DNA from: Candidatus Latescibacterota bacterium
Lineage (GTDB): Bacteria > Latescibacterota > UBA2968 > GCA-2709665
NCBI GenBank assembly: GCA_965248435.1
Contig: OZ252100.1
Span: forward strand, 768,001-832,000
Direction: 5' to 3'
Length of the DNA: 64,000 nt
Positions within the stretch are counted from its first letter, which is position 1; each line of letters opens with the position of its first letter. Positions 9,108 to 18,184 of this stretch are shown piece after piece. Below the pieces are notes generated by a model that saw only the letters and a program-made list of their open reading frames with translations, made no database searches and was not told the origin of the DNA. Both the position numbers and the translations under genes were made by a program.

Positions 9108-10388
9108 ATGAGCAGGTACGTGAAGCCCTTATGGGCGGCGTGCGCGGCCGGGCTGCTTCTGGTTGGCTGCGGCAACGAGCAGGTACTTTCTCCCCAGTCA
9201 GGACCGGCACCTCTGGCGAAGCTGGCTCTCGCAAGCCACGCGGGCGAGGTCGAAGTCGAGGTAACCGTAATGCGTGACGGACTGCCTACAGAGGATATCG
9301 AAGTGGCTTTCTCCCGATCGGTTTCAGGGCGATCGCCTGAGTACGACTGGGAAGGGACGACCGATTCGGACGGCACCGTCTCAATCGAAATCGAATCCAC
9401 ATCATCGCGCGGCACATCGGGATATTACGTTGCGCGCGCGACCGATGCGATCACCGGCGATGTCCTGGGGCGATGGGGAAGCATTCCGCTCACCGGTGGA
9501 AACGAAGTGGCGCTCACGTTGGCGATCGACGGTGCCGCCACCGTCACGTCGAGCCAAAGCATCACGCCGACCACGCTCACACTGCGGTTCAGCGGGATCC
9601 AGCCGCTGTCGAACGGATTTCACTTTGAGGGATGGGCGATCATCGGGGGATCCCCGTTCACGACGGGCAAGTTCAACGTGGATGACGCCGGCAGGTTGAT
9701 CGACCTGAGCGGCAATATCATCCAGAGCGGCAGATTCCGGACGGGCATCGATTTGAGCGGAACAACGGCCATCGTCCTTACGATCGAGCCAGACGGCGAC
9801 ACGGACACCGTCCCCGCCGACACCCACTACCTGGCCGGAGATGTCGCCGACCGTTCATCGGCTTTGACTGTGGGTCACCCCTCAGCACTGGGGGACGACT
9901 TCTCCAGCGCATCCGGAAACTATATTCTTGCCACGCCGACGGACGATCCGGATGGCAACGAAAACAGCGGTCTCTGGTTCCTGGATCTGTCTTCGGGCAG
10001 TCCGGCACAGGGCCTGGAGCTCCCAGTCCTGCCCGCCGGTTGGAAATACGAAGGCTGGGCGGTCACGGGCGGCCAGCCGGTGACCACGGGGACCTTTACG
10101 GACCCGGCGGCAGCCGACGAGAGCGCGCCGTTTAGCGGCGTCAATGACGGACCCCCATTCCCCGGGGAAGACTTCCTGAACAATGCTCCGAGCGGTCTGT
10201 CCTTCCCGACAGACCTTGCGGGGGGTGCTGCGGTCATCTCGATCGAGCCTTCACCGGATGACGGCACGAGTCCATTTACGCTTAAGCCGTTAGTGGGTGA
10301 CATCCCCGCCGATGCCACGGATCACGTAACTTATTCCGTAACCAACATGGCTTCGGGTTTCCCTACCGGCTCTGCAACAATCAGGTAG
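9108..10388 (+). CDS. Putative lipoprotein with two internally repeated EGW..TG.F / TIEP domains
   Basis: Lipobox LLVGC; repeats FEGWAII..TTGKF / YEGWAVT..TTGTF and LTIEPD / ISIEPS; RBS AGGAGG. Confidence 0.7.
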   Translation: MSRYVKPLWAACAAGLLLVGCGNEQVLSPQSGPAPLAKLALASHAGEVEVEVTVMRDGLPTEDIEVAFSRSVSGRSPEYDWEGTTDSDGTVSIEIESTSSRGTSGYYVARATDAITGDVLGRWGSIPLTGGNEVALTLAIDGAATVTSSQSITPTTLTLRFSGIQPLSNGFHFEGWAIIGGSPFTTGKFNVDDAGRLIDLSGNIIQSGRFRTGIDLSGTTAIVLTIEPDGDTDTVPADTHYLAGDVADRSSALTVGHPSALGDDFSSASGNYILATPTDDPDGNENSGLWFLDLSSGSPAQGLELPVLPAGWKYEGWAVTGGQPVTTGTFTDPAAADESAPFSGVNDGPPFPGEDFLNNAPSGLSFPTDLAGGAAVISIEPSPDDGTSPFTLKPLVGDIPADATDHVTYSVTNMASGFPTGSATIR

Positions 10389-10396
10389 TGTGTACA

Positions 10397-10433
10397 AAGA
10401 AAGAAGGGCGACCGACGGTCGCCCTTCTTTCTT
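10397..10433. terminator. Bidirectional intrinsic terminator
   Basis: aagaaagaagggcgacc-gac-ggtcgcccttctttctt, between convergent genes. Confidence 0.8.
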
Positions 10434-10440
10434 GCTATTC

Positions 10441-10473
10441 AATTGCGGATTTCGGAATGCGGATTGCGGATTG
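10441..10473. repeat. Period-7 array (GATTGCG)n; inverted partner at 10836-10865
   Basis: aattgcg gatttcg gaatgcg gattgcg gattg versus caatccc caatcca caatccg caatt. Confidence 0.85.
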
Positions 10474-10478
10474 ACTCT

Positions 10479-10835
10479 TCAATTCCTGTTTCTTTTCGCC
10501 GTTTTAATCGAAGACACCGTGATAGCAACGATCTGGCCGGCTTCATCCAATAGATCAACTATACGATTCCTGTCCATCAAATCGGATTCAATGAGGAGTT
10601 CCATCCAATACATGCTTTCATCTGCCTCTTCTTCTACGATACCCATCTTGGCAACGAATTCGGCCTGCGATCTCGCCCGACATGCAGCCCTGTAGTTGGC
10701 TCCCACAGACGTCCCACACCTCAGCAACTGCCTTCCCAAGACGTCGCTTGTGTTGCCTTTTGGCAACTCTTCGACGAGCTTTATAACCCGAAGTGCAAAG
10801 GCCCTAGTCCTTCCCTCCATTTCATCACGATTCAC
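10479..10835 (-). CDS. Four helix bundle protein (23S rRNA IVP / TIGR02436-like)
   Basis: RTRAFALRVI..QLLRCGTSVGANYRAACRARS.AEF..K..IVEEEADES.YW. Start GTG 10835; the ORF-track extension is translated repeat. Confidence 0.92.
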   Translation of the reverse strand: MNRDEMEGRTRAFALRVIKLVEELPKGNTSDVLGRQLLRCGTSVGANYRAACRARSQAEFVAKMGIVEEEADESMYWMELLIESDLMDRNRIVDLLDEAGQIVAITVSSIKTAKRNRN

Positions 10836-10868
10836 TCCGCAATCCCCAATCCACAATCCGCAATTGGA

Positions 10869-11600
10869 TCACCTCCGTTTCTCCACATCCCCGATTTCAC
10901 GAATTCGTTCGCCATACTCACGACTCTCGAAGGGCGTCGTGATCCACGCCGCGACAATCTCCTGCGCCAGTGTATCCCCGACCGTTCCCACACCAAGACA
11001 GAGTAGATTCGCGTCCACGTGTGACCGCGCGTATTTGGCGGCCGTCACGTCGCTGCACGCAGCGGCACGCACGCCTGAGACCTTGTTCGCCACGATCGCG
11101 GAGGGTGTTCCACCTCCGTCGATCACGATGCCGGTCACCACTTCTCCCTTCGCAACGGCCATAGCCACAGCCTCGGCGACCTTTACGTATCCCGCATCCG
11201 TCGTTGACGCCGGCGCATAATCGACCACCTGACGACTCAGCCTGCGCAGGGTCCCGGTGATCGTTTCCTTCAGCGCGAGTCCCCTTCGATCCGCGCCGAG
11301 TCCGATCGCCCCCTGCGTGCGCCCCGCCGAAGTTGGGGCCTGACCCTCGTCCCCCCGGACCTCGACAAGCTTGATCCCTTTATCCCTGAGTGTCTCGAGG
11401 GCCAAAGGGGTAATGATCCCCCCTTTTACGACCCGAACCTCCACCGCCCCCTGCCTGGCCGCCTCAAGGACAAACTCCTGAGTCAGGAGCCGAACGGGCA
11501 GACCGCCTCCCGGACCCTCTGGCCTGTCCCCGTCCGATATGCGGGACCCCAGCCGTCGAATCACCTCGGCCACGACCCGCTCGATCTGCGCCTGATTCAT
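10869..11600 (-). CDS. RpiB/LacA/LacB family sugar-phosphate isomerase with N-terminal extension (BMC-associated type)
   Basis: IGLGAD, ANKVSGVRAA, H.DANLL.LG, FE..RI. N-terminal amphipathic helix plus an ITPLA domain. Confidence 0.8.
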   Translation of the reverse strand: MNQAQIERVVAEVIRRLGSRISDGDRPEGPGGGLPVRLLTQEFVLEAARQGAVEVRVVKGGIITPLALETLRDKGIKLVEVRGDEGQAPTSAGRTQGAIGLGADRRGLALKETITGTLRRLSRQVVDYAPASTTDAGYVKVAEAVAMAVAKGEVVTGIVIDGGGTPSAIVANKVSGVRAAACSDVTAAKYARSHVDANLLCLGVGTVGDTLAQEIVAAWITTPFESREYGERIREIGDVEKRR

Positions 11601-11649
11601 GTCCTGTGCTGCCCGCCTCACTCCCTGAATATTGATCCTCCGCGTCCGC

Positions 11650-12459
11650 TTACGTCCCCACCTTCCGCCCCCAGGTCCCGGTCACTTCCGGCTCCGGGTT
11701 ACCGAGCTCCGATTCATCCGATTCGACAACGCGGTTGAGCCTGTCCGGATGGTTCGTAATGATCCCTCCCACACCCATCTCGATCATGTCACTCATATCC
11801 TGCTCCAGGTCCACCGTCCAGACCCAGAATCCCATCGCCCGGCTCAGGAACATCTGAACCAGGTCGGGGCGGGCAGCCCTGTAGTTCAGCGCCAGTGCGT
11901 TCGCGCCGATCTTCAAGACCCGCTTGACCACGCCCGTCTTGCGGCGGAGAGCGGCCTCGCTGCCGGTCATCACAAAAGCTGTAGGGATGCGCCGATCCAG
12001 CCGATTCACCGTCCGGATCGCCGGCCCATAAAAGGATTGAATGATCGCCCGGGACTGTGCCCGCATAGATCGGATCACAGTCACCGCCCGCTCCGCGGCC
12101 TCCTCCGTCTTCGCCTCGATCAGGAGCGGGGCCTGCTTGTGAACGAGGTCGAGCGCTTCTTCCAGGGTCGGGATCCGCTCGTTTCGGAAGGAGGGGTCGA
12201 ACCAACTCCCGGCATTCAGCTTCTTGACCTGGGCCAGTGTCATCGTATCCACGGGACCGCTTCCGTTTGTCGTCCGGTCCACCGTCCGATCGTGGATGGT
12301 GACCGGGACCCCGTCCGCCGTCAGGTGGATATCCACCTCCACCAGATCCACGCCGATCTCCAGGGCCTTCTCGATCGCGGCCAGCGTATTCTCGGGAGCG
12401 AGCGCCGACGCGCCCCGATGCGCGATACGCATCACGGGGGGGCGAAGGATTTTGGTCAC
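11650..12459 (-). CDS. Glycerophosphodiester phosphodiesterase
   Basis: IAHRGAS..PENTLAA, EVDIH, HD.TVDRTTNG, WTVD, GIITNHP. Start uncertain. Confidence 0.9.
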   Translation of the reverse strand: MTKILRPPVMRIAHRGASALAPENTLAAIEKALEIGVDLVEVDIHLTADGVPVTIHDRTVDRTTNGSGPVDTMTLAQVKKLNAGSWFDPSFRNERIPTLEEALDLVHKQAPLLIEAKTEEAAERAVTVIRSMRAQSRAIIQSFYGPAIRTVNRLDRRIPTAFVMTGSEAALRRKTGVVKRVLKIGANALALNYRAARPDLVQMFLSRAMGFWVWTVDLEQDMSDMIEMGVGGIITNHPDRLNRVVESDESELGNPEPEVTGTWGRKVGT

Positions 12460-12703
12460 CGGCGAGCGCCGCCGTCCAAACGGGAGGGTTTTCGCCTTCC
12501 TGGGTTTTCTGACCCGCATCTCTGCTCTCAAAAAAGGGGGAATAAAGGGGAGGCACTTCGATTCGCTTGATGCAAAATAGACCGCCGGCGTTCTGTTGTC
12601 AAGCAATCTCAATTCGTCGTTCGTGGATCGGGAAAACCGTATCTCGTATCTAGTATCTCGTATTTCGGGGGCTGATGTTACCGCGAAAAAGTGGACAGGT
12701 TAG

Positions 12704-13621
12704 TTAAGCAGCAAGGAGCTGCTCGTAGTTATGTGGACTTTTGTAGCCCAGGGTAGAGTGCCTCCGCCTGTGGTTGTAGAAACGGATGTAGTTTGAGATC
12801 CTTCTTCGCGCCTGGTTGACGGTGGCATAGGTATCGCGATGGACGCGTTCGATTTTCAGCGTTGAGAAGAAGGACTCTGCCACCGCATTGTCAAAGCAGT
12901 CGCCTTTGCGACCCATACTAGACCGAATGCCGTTTTCAGCGACGGTATTTTGGAAAGCTTCACTGGTATACTGAGATCCACGATCAGAGTGAAAGATCAA
13001 TTCCCTTGGGGGCTTTCGAGTTGCACGTGCCTTTTTGAAGGCTTCGACCGCTAGCTCCGCAGTCAAGGAGGCCCGGAGCGACCATCCGACGATCTTCCGG
13101 GAGAACAGGTCCATCACGACGCACAGATAGGCGTGGCCTCCCACGATGGGGATGTAGCTGATGTCCGAGACCCACTTCTGGTTGACTTCATCGGCGTTGA
13201 ACGCTCGACCCAGCAGGTCCGGAGACACGATGGCGTTTGAGGCTGCCTTTGTCGTGCACCGGAATTTGCGTGGGGTCCCAATGGCCTTCAAGCCCATCTT
13301 CTGCTTGATCCGGGCGATCCGGCTGGCACTGCAGACGATCCCGGCCTCGTTGAGCTCCTCCGTGATGCGAGGCGTGCCGTAAGTCTGGTCGGTCTCCCGG
13401 TGGATGGCTTTGATGTGGAGCGCCAGCACTTGGTTTTCTTGCTCCCGTTGGCTGACCGGACGGCTTTTCCAGGCGTAGTAACCGCTTTTGGAGATCCCAA
13501 GGGTCTTGCACATATGGGTTACTGAAAATCGGTCGCGGTTCTCCTCCACCAGGTGGAAGTTCATCTTTGGCGTCTGCTGAAAACGGCTAAGGCTTTTTTT
13601 AAAATGTCCCTCTCTTCGCAC
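12704..13621 (-). CDS. IS3 transposase OrfB (DDE integrase core)
   Basis: WVSDISY, DLFSRKIVGW, HSDRGSQY, DNAVAESFF, YN..R.HSTLGY.SP. Confidence 0.95.
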   Translation of the reverse strand: MRREGHFKKSLSRFQQTPKMNFHLVEENRDRFSVTHMCKTLGISKSGYYAWKSRPVSQREQENQVLALHIKAIHRETDQTYGTPRITEELNEAGIVCSASRIARIKQKMGLKAIGTPRKFRCTTKAASNAIVSPDLLGRAFNADEVNQKWVSDISYIPIVGGHAYLCVVMDLFSRKIVGWSLRASLTAELAVEAFKKARATRKPPRELIFHSDRGSQYTSEAFQNTVAENGIRSSMGRKGDCFDNAVAESFFSTLKIERVHRDTYATVNQARRRISNYIRFYNHRRRHSTLGYKSPHNYEQLLAA

Positions 13622-13860
13622 AGATACTCGACCTGTCGCTTCAACTCGAAGATCTCCAGGTCCTTCGACTTGCGACGGCCTTTCCCGGGGAAGGCTTCCT
13701 GCTCATCCTCAACGAAGTCCCTCACCCAGCGACGCAACAACCCAACAGGCATGTCCAATTCTGTCGCGACATCTTTCGGAGTGCGGTCTTCAACCAGAAT
13801 CTGCTGCACCGCTTCGACTTTGAACTCTCGGGAATACTTCCGACGCTTCCTGACACCCAT
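13561..13860 (-). CDS. IS3 transposase OrfA (HTH)
   Basis: RKYSREFKVEAV..ERDILKKA; -1 frameshift motif AAAAAAAG. Confidence 0.93.
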   Translation of the reverse strand: MGVRKRRKYSREFKVEAVQQILVEDRTPKDVATELDMPVGLLRRWVRDFVEDEQEAFPGKGRRKSKDLEIFELKRQVEYLCEERDILKKALAVFSRRQR

Positions 13861-14071
13861 AGAAAGCCTCCTTGGATATGGGGAGACATTCTACCTATAC
13901 AAAAACCTTAACCGAGTGTCCACAAAATAGGTAACCCCAGGCTCGTCATCTTGCCAGTTCCTTAGTTTCACGGAATTCCCGTGCCATTCCCGTGATCGCC
14001 TTTCTGAACTACTCGCATATCCGACGAGATACGCTTCACGAGATACGAGATACGAGATACGATCTTCACCC

Positions 14072-14100
14072 TTGACACTAATCGGCCCTTGTCGTAAGTT
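14072..14100 (+). promoter_or_regulatory. Sigma70-like promoter for tRNA-Asn
   Basis: TTGACA-N17-TAAGTT. Confidence 0.5.
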
Positions 14101-14121
14101 TTTTTGCGAGTTAAACCTTGA

Positions 14122-14197
14122 TCCGGCGTAGCTCAGTCGGCAGAGCAGGTGGCTGTTAACCACCGTGTCGTAGGTTCGAGTCCTACCGCCGGAGCCA
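14122..14197 (+). tRNA. tRNA-Asn(GTT)
   Basis: TCCGGCGTAGCTCAG..GGTGG CT GTT AA CCACC..GGTTCGAGTCC..GGAGCCA. Confidence 0.95.
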
Positions 14198-14385
14198 GAT
14201 AGAACGTCTGACTGAACCAAGCCTGGGGTGGTTAACCGGTCAGTCGGATCGTTAAAGAGTTCCAGGCACAACTCCTGAGGTTTCCAGACGACTTGATTCA
14301 CGTGGAGCCTCAGGAGTTCTTTTTGTTCTTCGCGGGTGGCTTCTTTGTAGATGTCCTCGAAGCTCGTCAGCACTCCCTTCAGCCT
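14198..14385 (-). pseudogene. Probable C-terminal remnant of a large serine recombinase reading into tRNA-Asn
   Basis: SFEDIYKEATREEQKELLRLHVNQVVW.. runs antisense into the tRNA 3' end, the usual layout for tRNA-targeting recombinases. No catalytic domain visible. Confidence 0.5.
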
Positions 14386-14638
14386 CCCGGGAAGTATTAC
14401 GCAGGCGTGCAGGAAACTGCGCCTTGCACAGTCAACGATCAGCAGTGATAGAGCTGCCATCAGTGATCAAGGGAGAAGCTGAAAGGAGATTATCTCTGGT
14501 CAAACAATACGAGCAGTATGCCAGAGAGACGGCGCTGTACGCTCGGGAAAGGGTGGACAGGCAGACTCTTCGCAGATGCCGCACAAGGCTGGCATCAAGC
14601 TCATGGAAGGGTTGCGCTTGCACCCTCTACGCCCGCCG

Positions 14639-15448
14639 ATGAAGCAAGCGCCAGACACTGCCGACGCCGGTAGCGAGGTACGTGGCCACCCCGGGCGGAC
14701 CCTGTGGAGGATTGCCGCTCGCCGGCTCAGGGAGGCGGGGCGGGATCTACTGCCAGTGTTCCTCCTCATCGCCGCCTTCCAACTCGCCGTGCTCCGCCAA
14801 CCGCTCCCCGATTTGCTGGCCGTTCTGATGGGCTTGTGCGCCGTGGTCGCCGGCCTAGCCCTGTTTATCGAAGGCCTCGAGCTGGCACTGTTTCCCCTCG
14901 GCGAGTCGATGGCCAACGAATTCGCTCGCAAAGGCAGCGTTTTTTGGCTCCTGGCGTTCGGATTCGTACTCGGCTTCGCCACCACTGCGGCAGAACCGGC
15001 GCTGATCGCCGTCACTCAGGAGGCGGCCGAGGTCGCTGCAGAGGCCGGTCTGATCGAAGCGGGCGAATCCTCCATGGATCGCTACGCCCTCGGGATGCGG
15101 TTCACGGTTGCTGTCTCCGTCGGCGTCGCGGTGTGCTTGGGCGTACTGCGCATCCTCCTCGGCTGGTCCATCCACCTGATGATCATGATCGGCTACATCC
15201 TCGTCGTCTTGCTGACCATGGTGGCACCGCAGGAAATCGTTGGTATCGCTTACGACTCGGGCGGTGTGACCACGTCGACGGTGACCGTTCCCTTGGTGAC
15301 GGCGCTTGGCGTCGGGCTAGCCTCGGCCATCCGCGGCCGCACCCCGTTGATCGACGGGTTCGGCCTCATCGCCTTCGCTTCGCTTTTGCCCATTCTCTTC
15401 GTGCTCGGTTACGGGATGGTCGTATTCGGACTGTCAGTAGGAGGGTGA
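14639..15448 (+). CDS. DUF1538 membrane protein
   Basis: [41 protein letters not shown]. Confidence 0.88.
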   Translation: MKQAPDTADAGSEVRGHPGRTLWRIAARRLREAGRDLLPVFLLIAAFQLAVLRQPLPDLLAVLMGLCAVVAGLALFIEGLELALFPLGESMANEFARKGSVFWLLAFGFVLGFATTAAEPALIAVTQEAAEVAAEAGLIEAGESSMDRYALGMRFTVAVSVGVAVCLGVLRILLGWSIHLMIMIGYILVVLLTMVAPQEIVGIAYDSGGVTTSTVTVPLVTALGVGLASAIRGRTPLIDGFGLIAFASLLPILFVLGYGMVVFGLSVGG

Positions 15449-15450
15449 CG

Positions 15451-16242
15451 ATGCAGTTGTTCACGGACGTGGGACATGCGCTGCTCACAACTGCTCGCGA
15501 CGTACTTCCGGTCGTCGCTGTCCTGGTGGTGTTCCAGCTCTTCGTGCTCCGGCGGCCGATTCCGCATCTACGACGCCTGTTCGCCGGTGGGTTATGTGTC
15601 CTCGTGGGCCTCGCCCTCTTCCTGATTGGATTGGAGGGTGCGCTCTTCCCTCTTGGGCGCGCGATGGCTCAACAATTGACCGCCCCGGCGTTCGTCTTCG
15701 GCACGGAGGTGGTTCCGGACGAGCCTTCGTGGAGCGCCTATCTCTGGATCTACTTGTTCGCCGCCCTCCTTGGCTTCGCCACCACGATCGCCGAACCGGC
15801 GCTTATCGCCGTGGCGATGAAGGCCGAGACGGTTTCTGCCGGCGGCGTCCGACAGTGGCGGCTGCGGGTCGCCGTTGGAATCGGCGTCGGCGTGGGAGTA
15901 GCGCTCGGCGTCGTGCGCATTGTGTCCGGTCTGCCGCTGCACTGGCTCATGGCCGCCGGTTACCTCATCATCATCGTGCAGACCGCCTTTGCGCCGAAAA
16001 ACCTCGTCCCGCTGGCTTACGATTCCGGCGGGGTCACCACGTCGACCGTAACCGTGCCGCTGGTAACCGCCCTGGGCCTGGGGCTGGCAACCACGATTCC
16101 CGGCAGGAACCCGGCAGTCGACGGGTTCGGGCTCATCGCCTTCGCCTCGCTGTTTCCGATCATGGCGGTCCTGGGCTACGGGCAACTGATTGCGCTGATG
16201 GCCCGGAGACGACGTTCCCGGTCCCGGAAGAGCGGTATGTGA
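15451..16242 (+). CDS. DUF1538 membrane protein (paralog)
   Basis: Same motifs as the upstream gene; ATG at 15451 after GGAGG. Confidence 0.88.
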   Translation: MQLFTDVGHALLTTARDVLPVVAVLVVFQLFVLRRPIPHLRRLFAGGLCVLVGLALFLIGLEGALFPLGRAMAQQLTAPAFVFGTEVVPDEPSWSAYLWIYLFAALLGFATTIAEPALIAVAMKAETVSAGGVRQWRLRVAVGIGVGVGVALGVVRIVSGLPLHWLMAAGYLIIIVQTAFAPKNLVPLAYDSGGVTTSTVTVPLVTALGLGLATTIPGRNPAVDGFGLIAFASLFPIMAVLGYGQLIALMARRRRSRSRKSGM

Positions 16243-16264
16243 ATCAGGAAGGAGGAGATCCACA

Positions 16265-16606
16265 ATGAAGTTCTACCTCATCGTCTCCACCGTGAAACCC
16301 GATCACACCGACAACGTCGTCGATGCGGCCAAGGCCGCCGGCGCGACCGGCGCGACAATCGTCCCCGCGCGCGGTGTCGGAGTGCACGAAGCCAAGACGT
16401 TCTTTGACTTGGCGCTCGAAGCCCAATCGGACTTGCTCTTGTTCCTGCTGACGGAAGTTTTCGTCGATCCCGTTTTGAAGGCCATAAACCGCGCCGGCGA
16501 GTTCGAGAAACCGGGCACCGGCATCGCCTTCGTGATTCCCGTTGATCGTGCCATCGGCCTCGAAAGCCAGATGGACCGGCTCCGTGAGGAAGAGCAAGGG
16601 AAGTAG
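16265..16606 (+). CDS. P-II family regulator
   Basis: AAKAAGATGATI..ARG.G, PGTGIAF..PV...IG. Confidence 0.85.
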   Translation: MKFYLIVSTVKPDHTDNVVDAAKAAGATGATIVPARGVGVHEAKTFFDLALEAQSDLLLFLLTEVFVDPVLKAINRAGEFEKPGTGIAFVIPVDRAIGLESQMDRLREEEQGK

Positions 16607-16738
16607 CAGCGGTCCGGGCAGGCGGGTCGCCGCAACGCGTCTCTTTGGATCCTCGGGCGTGTGAGAAGAGGTTCCATAATGGTTTCCCTGATGTAAATTG
16701 GCCCAAAAGCACAAGGACTCACAACCTTGTTTATTTGT

Positions 16739-16782
16739 TGGTCGGTGCGGCGGGATTTGAACCCACGACCCCCTGCCCCCAA
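16739..16782 (-). other. 3' half of a tRNA-Pro (att-site remnant)
   Basis: CTTGGGG GCAGG GGGTC GTGGGTTCAAATCCCGC CGCACCGACCA. Similarity stops in the anticodon loop; no 5' half. Confidence 0.75.
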
Positions 16783-16851
16783 GGAAGTTCTCCCAAAGTG
16801 AAGCACCTGCACATCTTCGTTTGACCAGCCGTCGGGATTCCCCGAACTTGC

Positions 16852-17075
16852 CTAGATTAAACTCCAGAACATCGCCCTTTGCTCCTCAGCAGGGAGTTTC
16901 ACCAGCTCCCTGAGTTTGCGCTCAGACATGTTTCTGAGCCTCGGATCCCCTGCATTCAGGCCTAACAGAAAATTCTGGATATCCTGATCCAATTTCAGGA
17001 GATCCAGAATCTGGGTGATACGTGCCCTTGATACACCTTCCTGACGAGCCAGTGCGGCTCGGCTCGTGACCTCTC
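16852..17075 (-). pseudogene. Fragment of HTH protein of the LAR..GVSRAR.TQ type (recombinase-island associated), copy 1
   Basis: EVTSRAALARQEGVSRARITQILDLLKLDQDIQ..; 5'-truncated; near-duplicate at 22037-22322. Confidence 0.65.
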
Positions 17076-17149
17076 AGAATTTACGATTATATGAAGTCCC
17101 CTTTGGATGGCCCTATCCCGTCGGATACCTCAAGTCCCCCCCGACCCGA

Positions 17150-18184
17150 TTAAAATCGCACGGTATCACCGGTCGTTGCAGAACGCATCGCCGCGTCGTA
17201 GATCGATATCGCCCGTCTGACCTCTTCGGGCTTCACCATCAGTTCTGCCCCCTTATTCAGGACATCGGAGATATTTTGATAGTACGACTTCCAGGAGCCT
17301 TTGACACTTTCTATGACGAGTTCCCGTCTCTCACCGTCCACTTCGGTACAGACCTTTGCATAGTTTTCAGGATCTTCCTCGGCGGCGTCGATATCGCCTC
17401 CCACCATCGGCTGCTCCTGCGGATCCAGCCCGTATTTCACCAGCCCTCCAAGGTCGCCTAAGACATACCAGCGGGGTTTGTCGGCCTTTGCCAAGTTGCC
17501 GACCTCGATTTGATAGCGCACCCCATCTTCGAACTTGATCAGGAGAGCGGCGTAGTTGCCGATGTCCGTGTCCCAATATCCGCCGTCGTAAATGTCACAG
17601 AATACGGCCTTTACCGGACTGTGGACAAGCTGTAGCGCCTGGTCTACAAGGTGTGCGGGCCAGTCGTAGAGGATGCCTCCACTCCGTTTATTCACACTCC
17701 GCCATCCCCGGGGCGCTTCGTATCTCATAACGGCAACCTGAAACAGGTAGGGGATGCCGAGCATTCCGCCTTCGATCATCTTCTTAACGGTAAGAAAGTC
17801 CCAGTCCCACCGGCGGTTGTGAAAGACACTTAAAAGGACGTCGTTTCGCCGGCTCACTTCGATCATGGCATCCGCCTCCTGGGCGTTCATACACATGATC
17901 TTATCCGTCACCACGTGCTTGCCCGCGTCCATCGCCTGAATCGCCAGTTCGGCGTGCGTGTCGTGGGGCGTCGCCAGCACGACGAGGTCTACGCCATTGT
18001 CGGCGATCACCCGATCAATCGTTTCGTAGAGCTTAACGCCGGGGTGATCCTGGGCAGCTGATTCGCGTCGTTTGGCGTTTCGGGAGGCGACCGCATAGAG
18101 GTTCAGCCCATCCGCCAGGCCGATGAGGTAGGCGTGGAAGTGCCTTCCAGAATAGCCATATCCGACCACGGCTGCATTGACCAT
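17150..18184 (-). CDS. Gfo/Idh/MocA family oxidoreductase
   Basis: VVGYGYSG, TPHDTH, GKHVVTDK, FHNRRWD. Confidence 0.9.
   Translation of the reverse strand: MVNAAVVGYGYSGRHFHAYLIGLADGLNLYAVASRNAKRRESAAQDHPGVKLYETIDRVIADNGVDLVVLATPHDTHAELAIQAMDAGKHVVTDKIMCMNAQEADAMIEVSRRNDVLLSVFHNRRWDWDFLTVKKMIEGGMLGIPYLFQVAVMRYEAPRGWRSVNKRSGGILYDWPAHLVDQALQLVHSPVKAVFCDIYDGGYWDTDIGNYAALLIKFEDGVRYQIEVGNLAKADKPRWYVLGDLGGLVKYGLDPQEQPMVGGDIDAAEEDPENYAKVCTEVDGERRELVIESVKGSWKSYYQNISDVLNKGAELMVKPEEVRRAISIYDAAMRSATTGDTVRF

Larger units (their letters stand above)
12673..13939 (-). mobile_element. IS3-family insertion sequence
   Basis: Imperfect IRs TGATGTTACC..GTGGACA / TGGGGTTACC..GTGGACA with TG..CA ends, a 3-bp GGC target duplication, and orfA/orfB joined by an A7G slippery site. 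Confidence 0.92.

Noticed and set aside
10479-10835. Four-helix protein as the Avd of a DGR
   Set aside because: No reverse transcriptase and no TR/VR pair with adenine-specific mismatches seen in the window.
6517-14062. Short tandem repeats as a CRISPR array
   Set aside because: Units are 7-8 bp with no unique spacers, and no cas genes are present.
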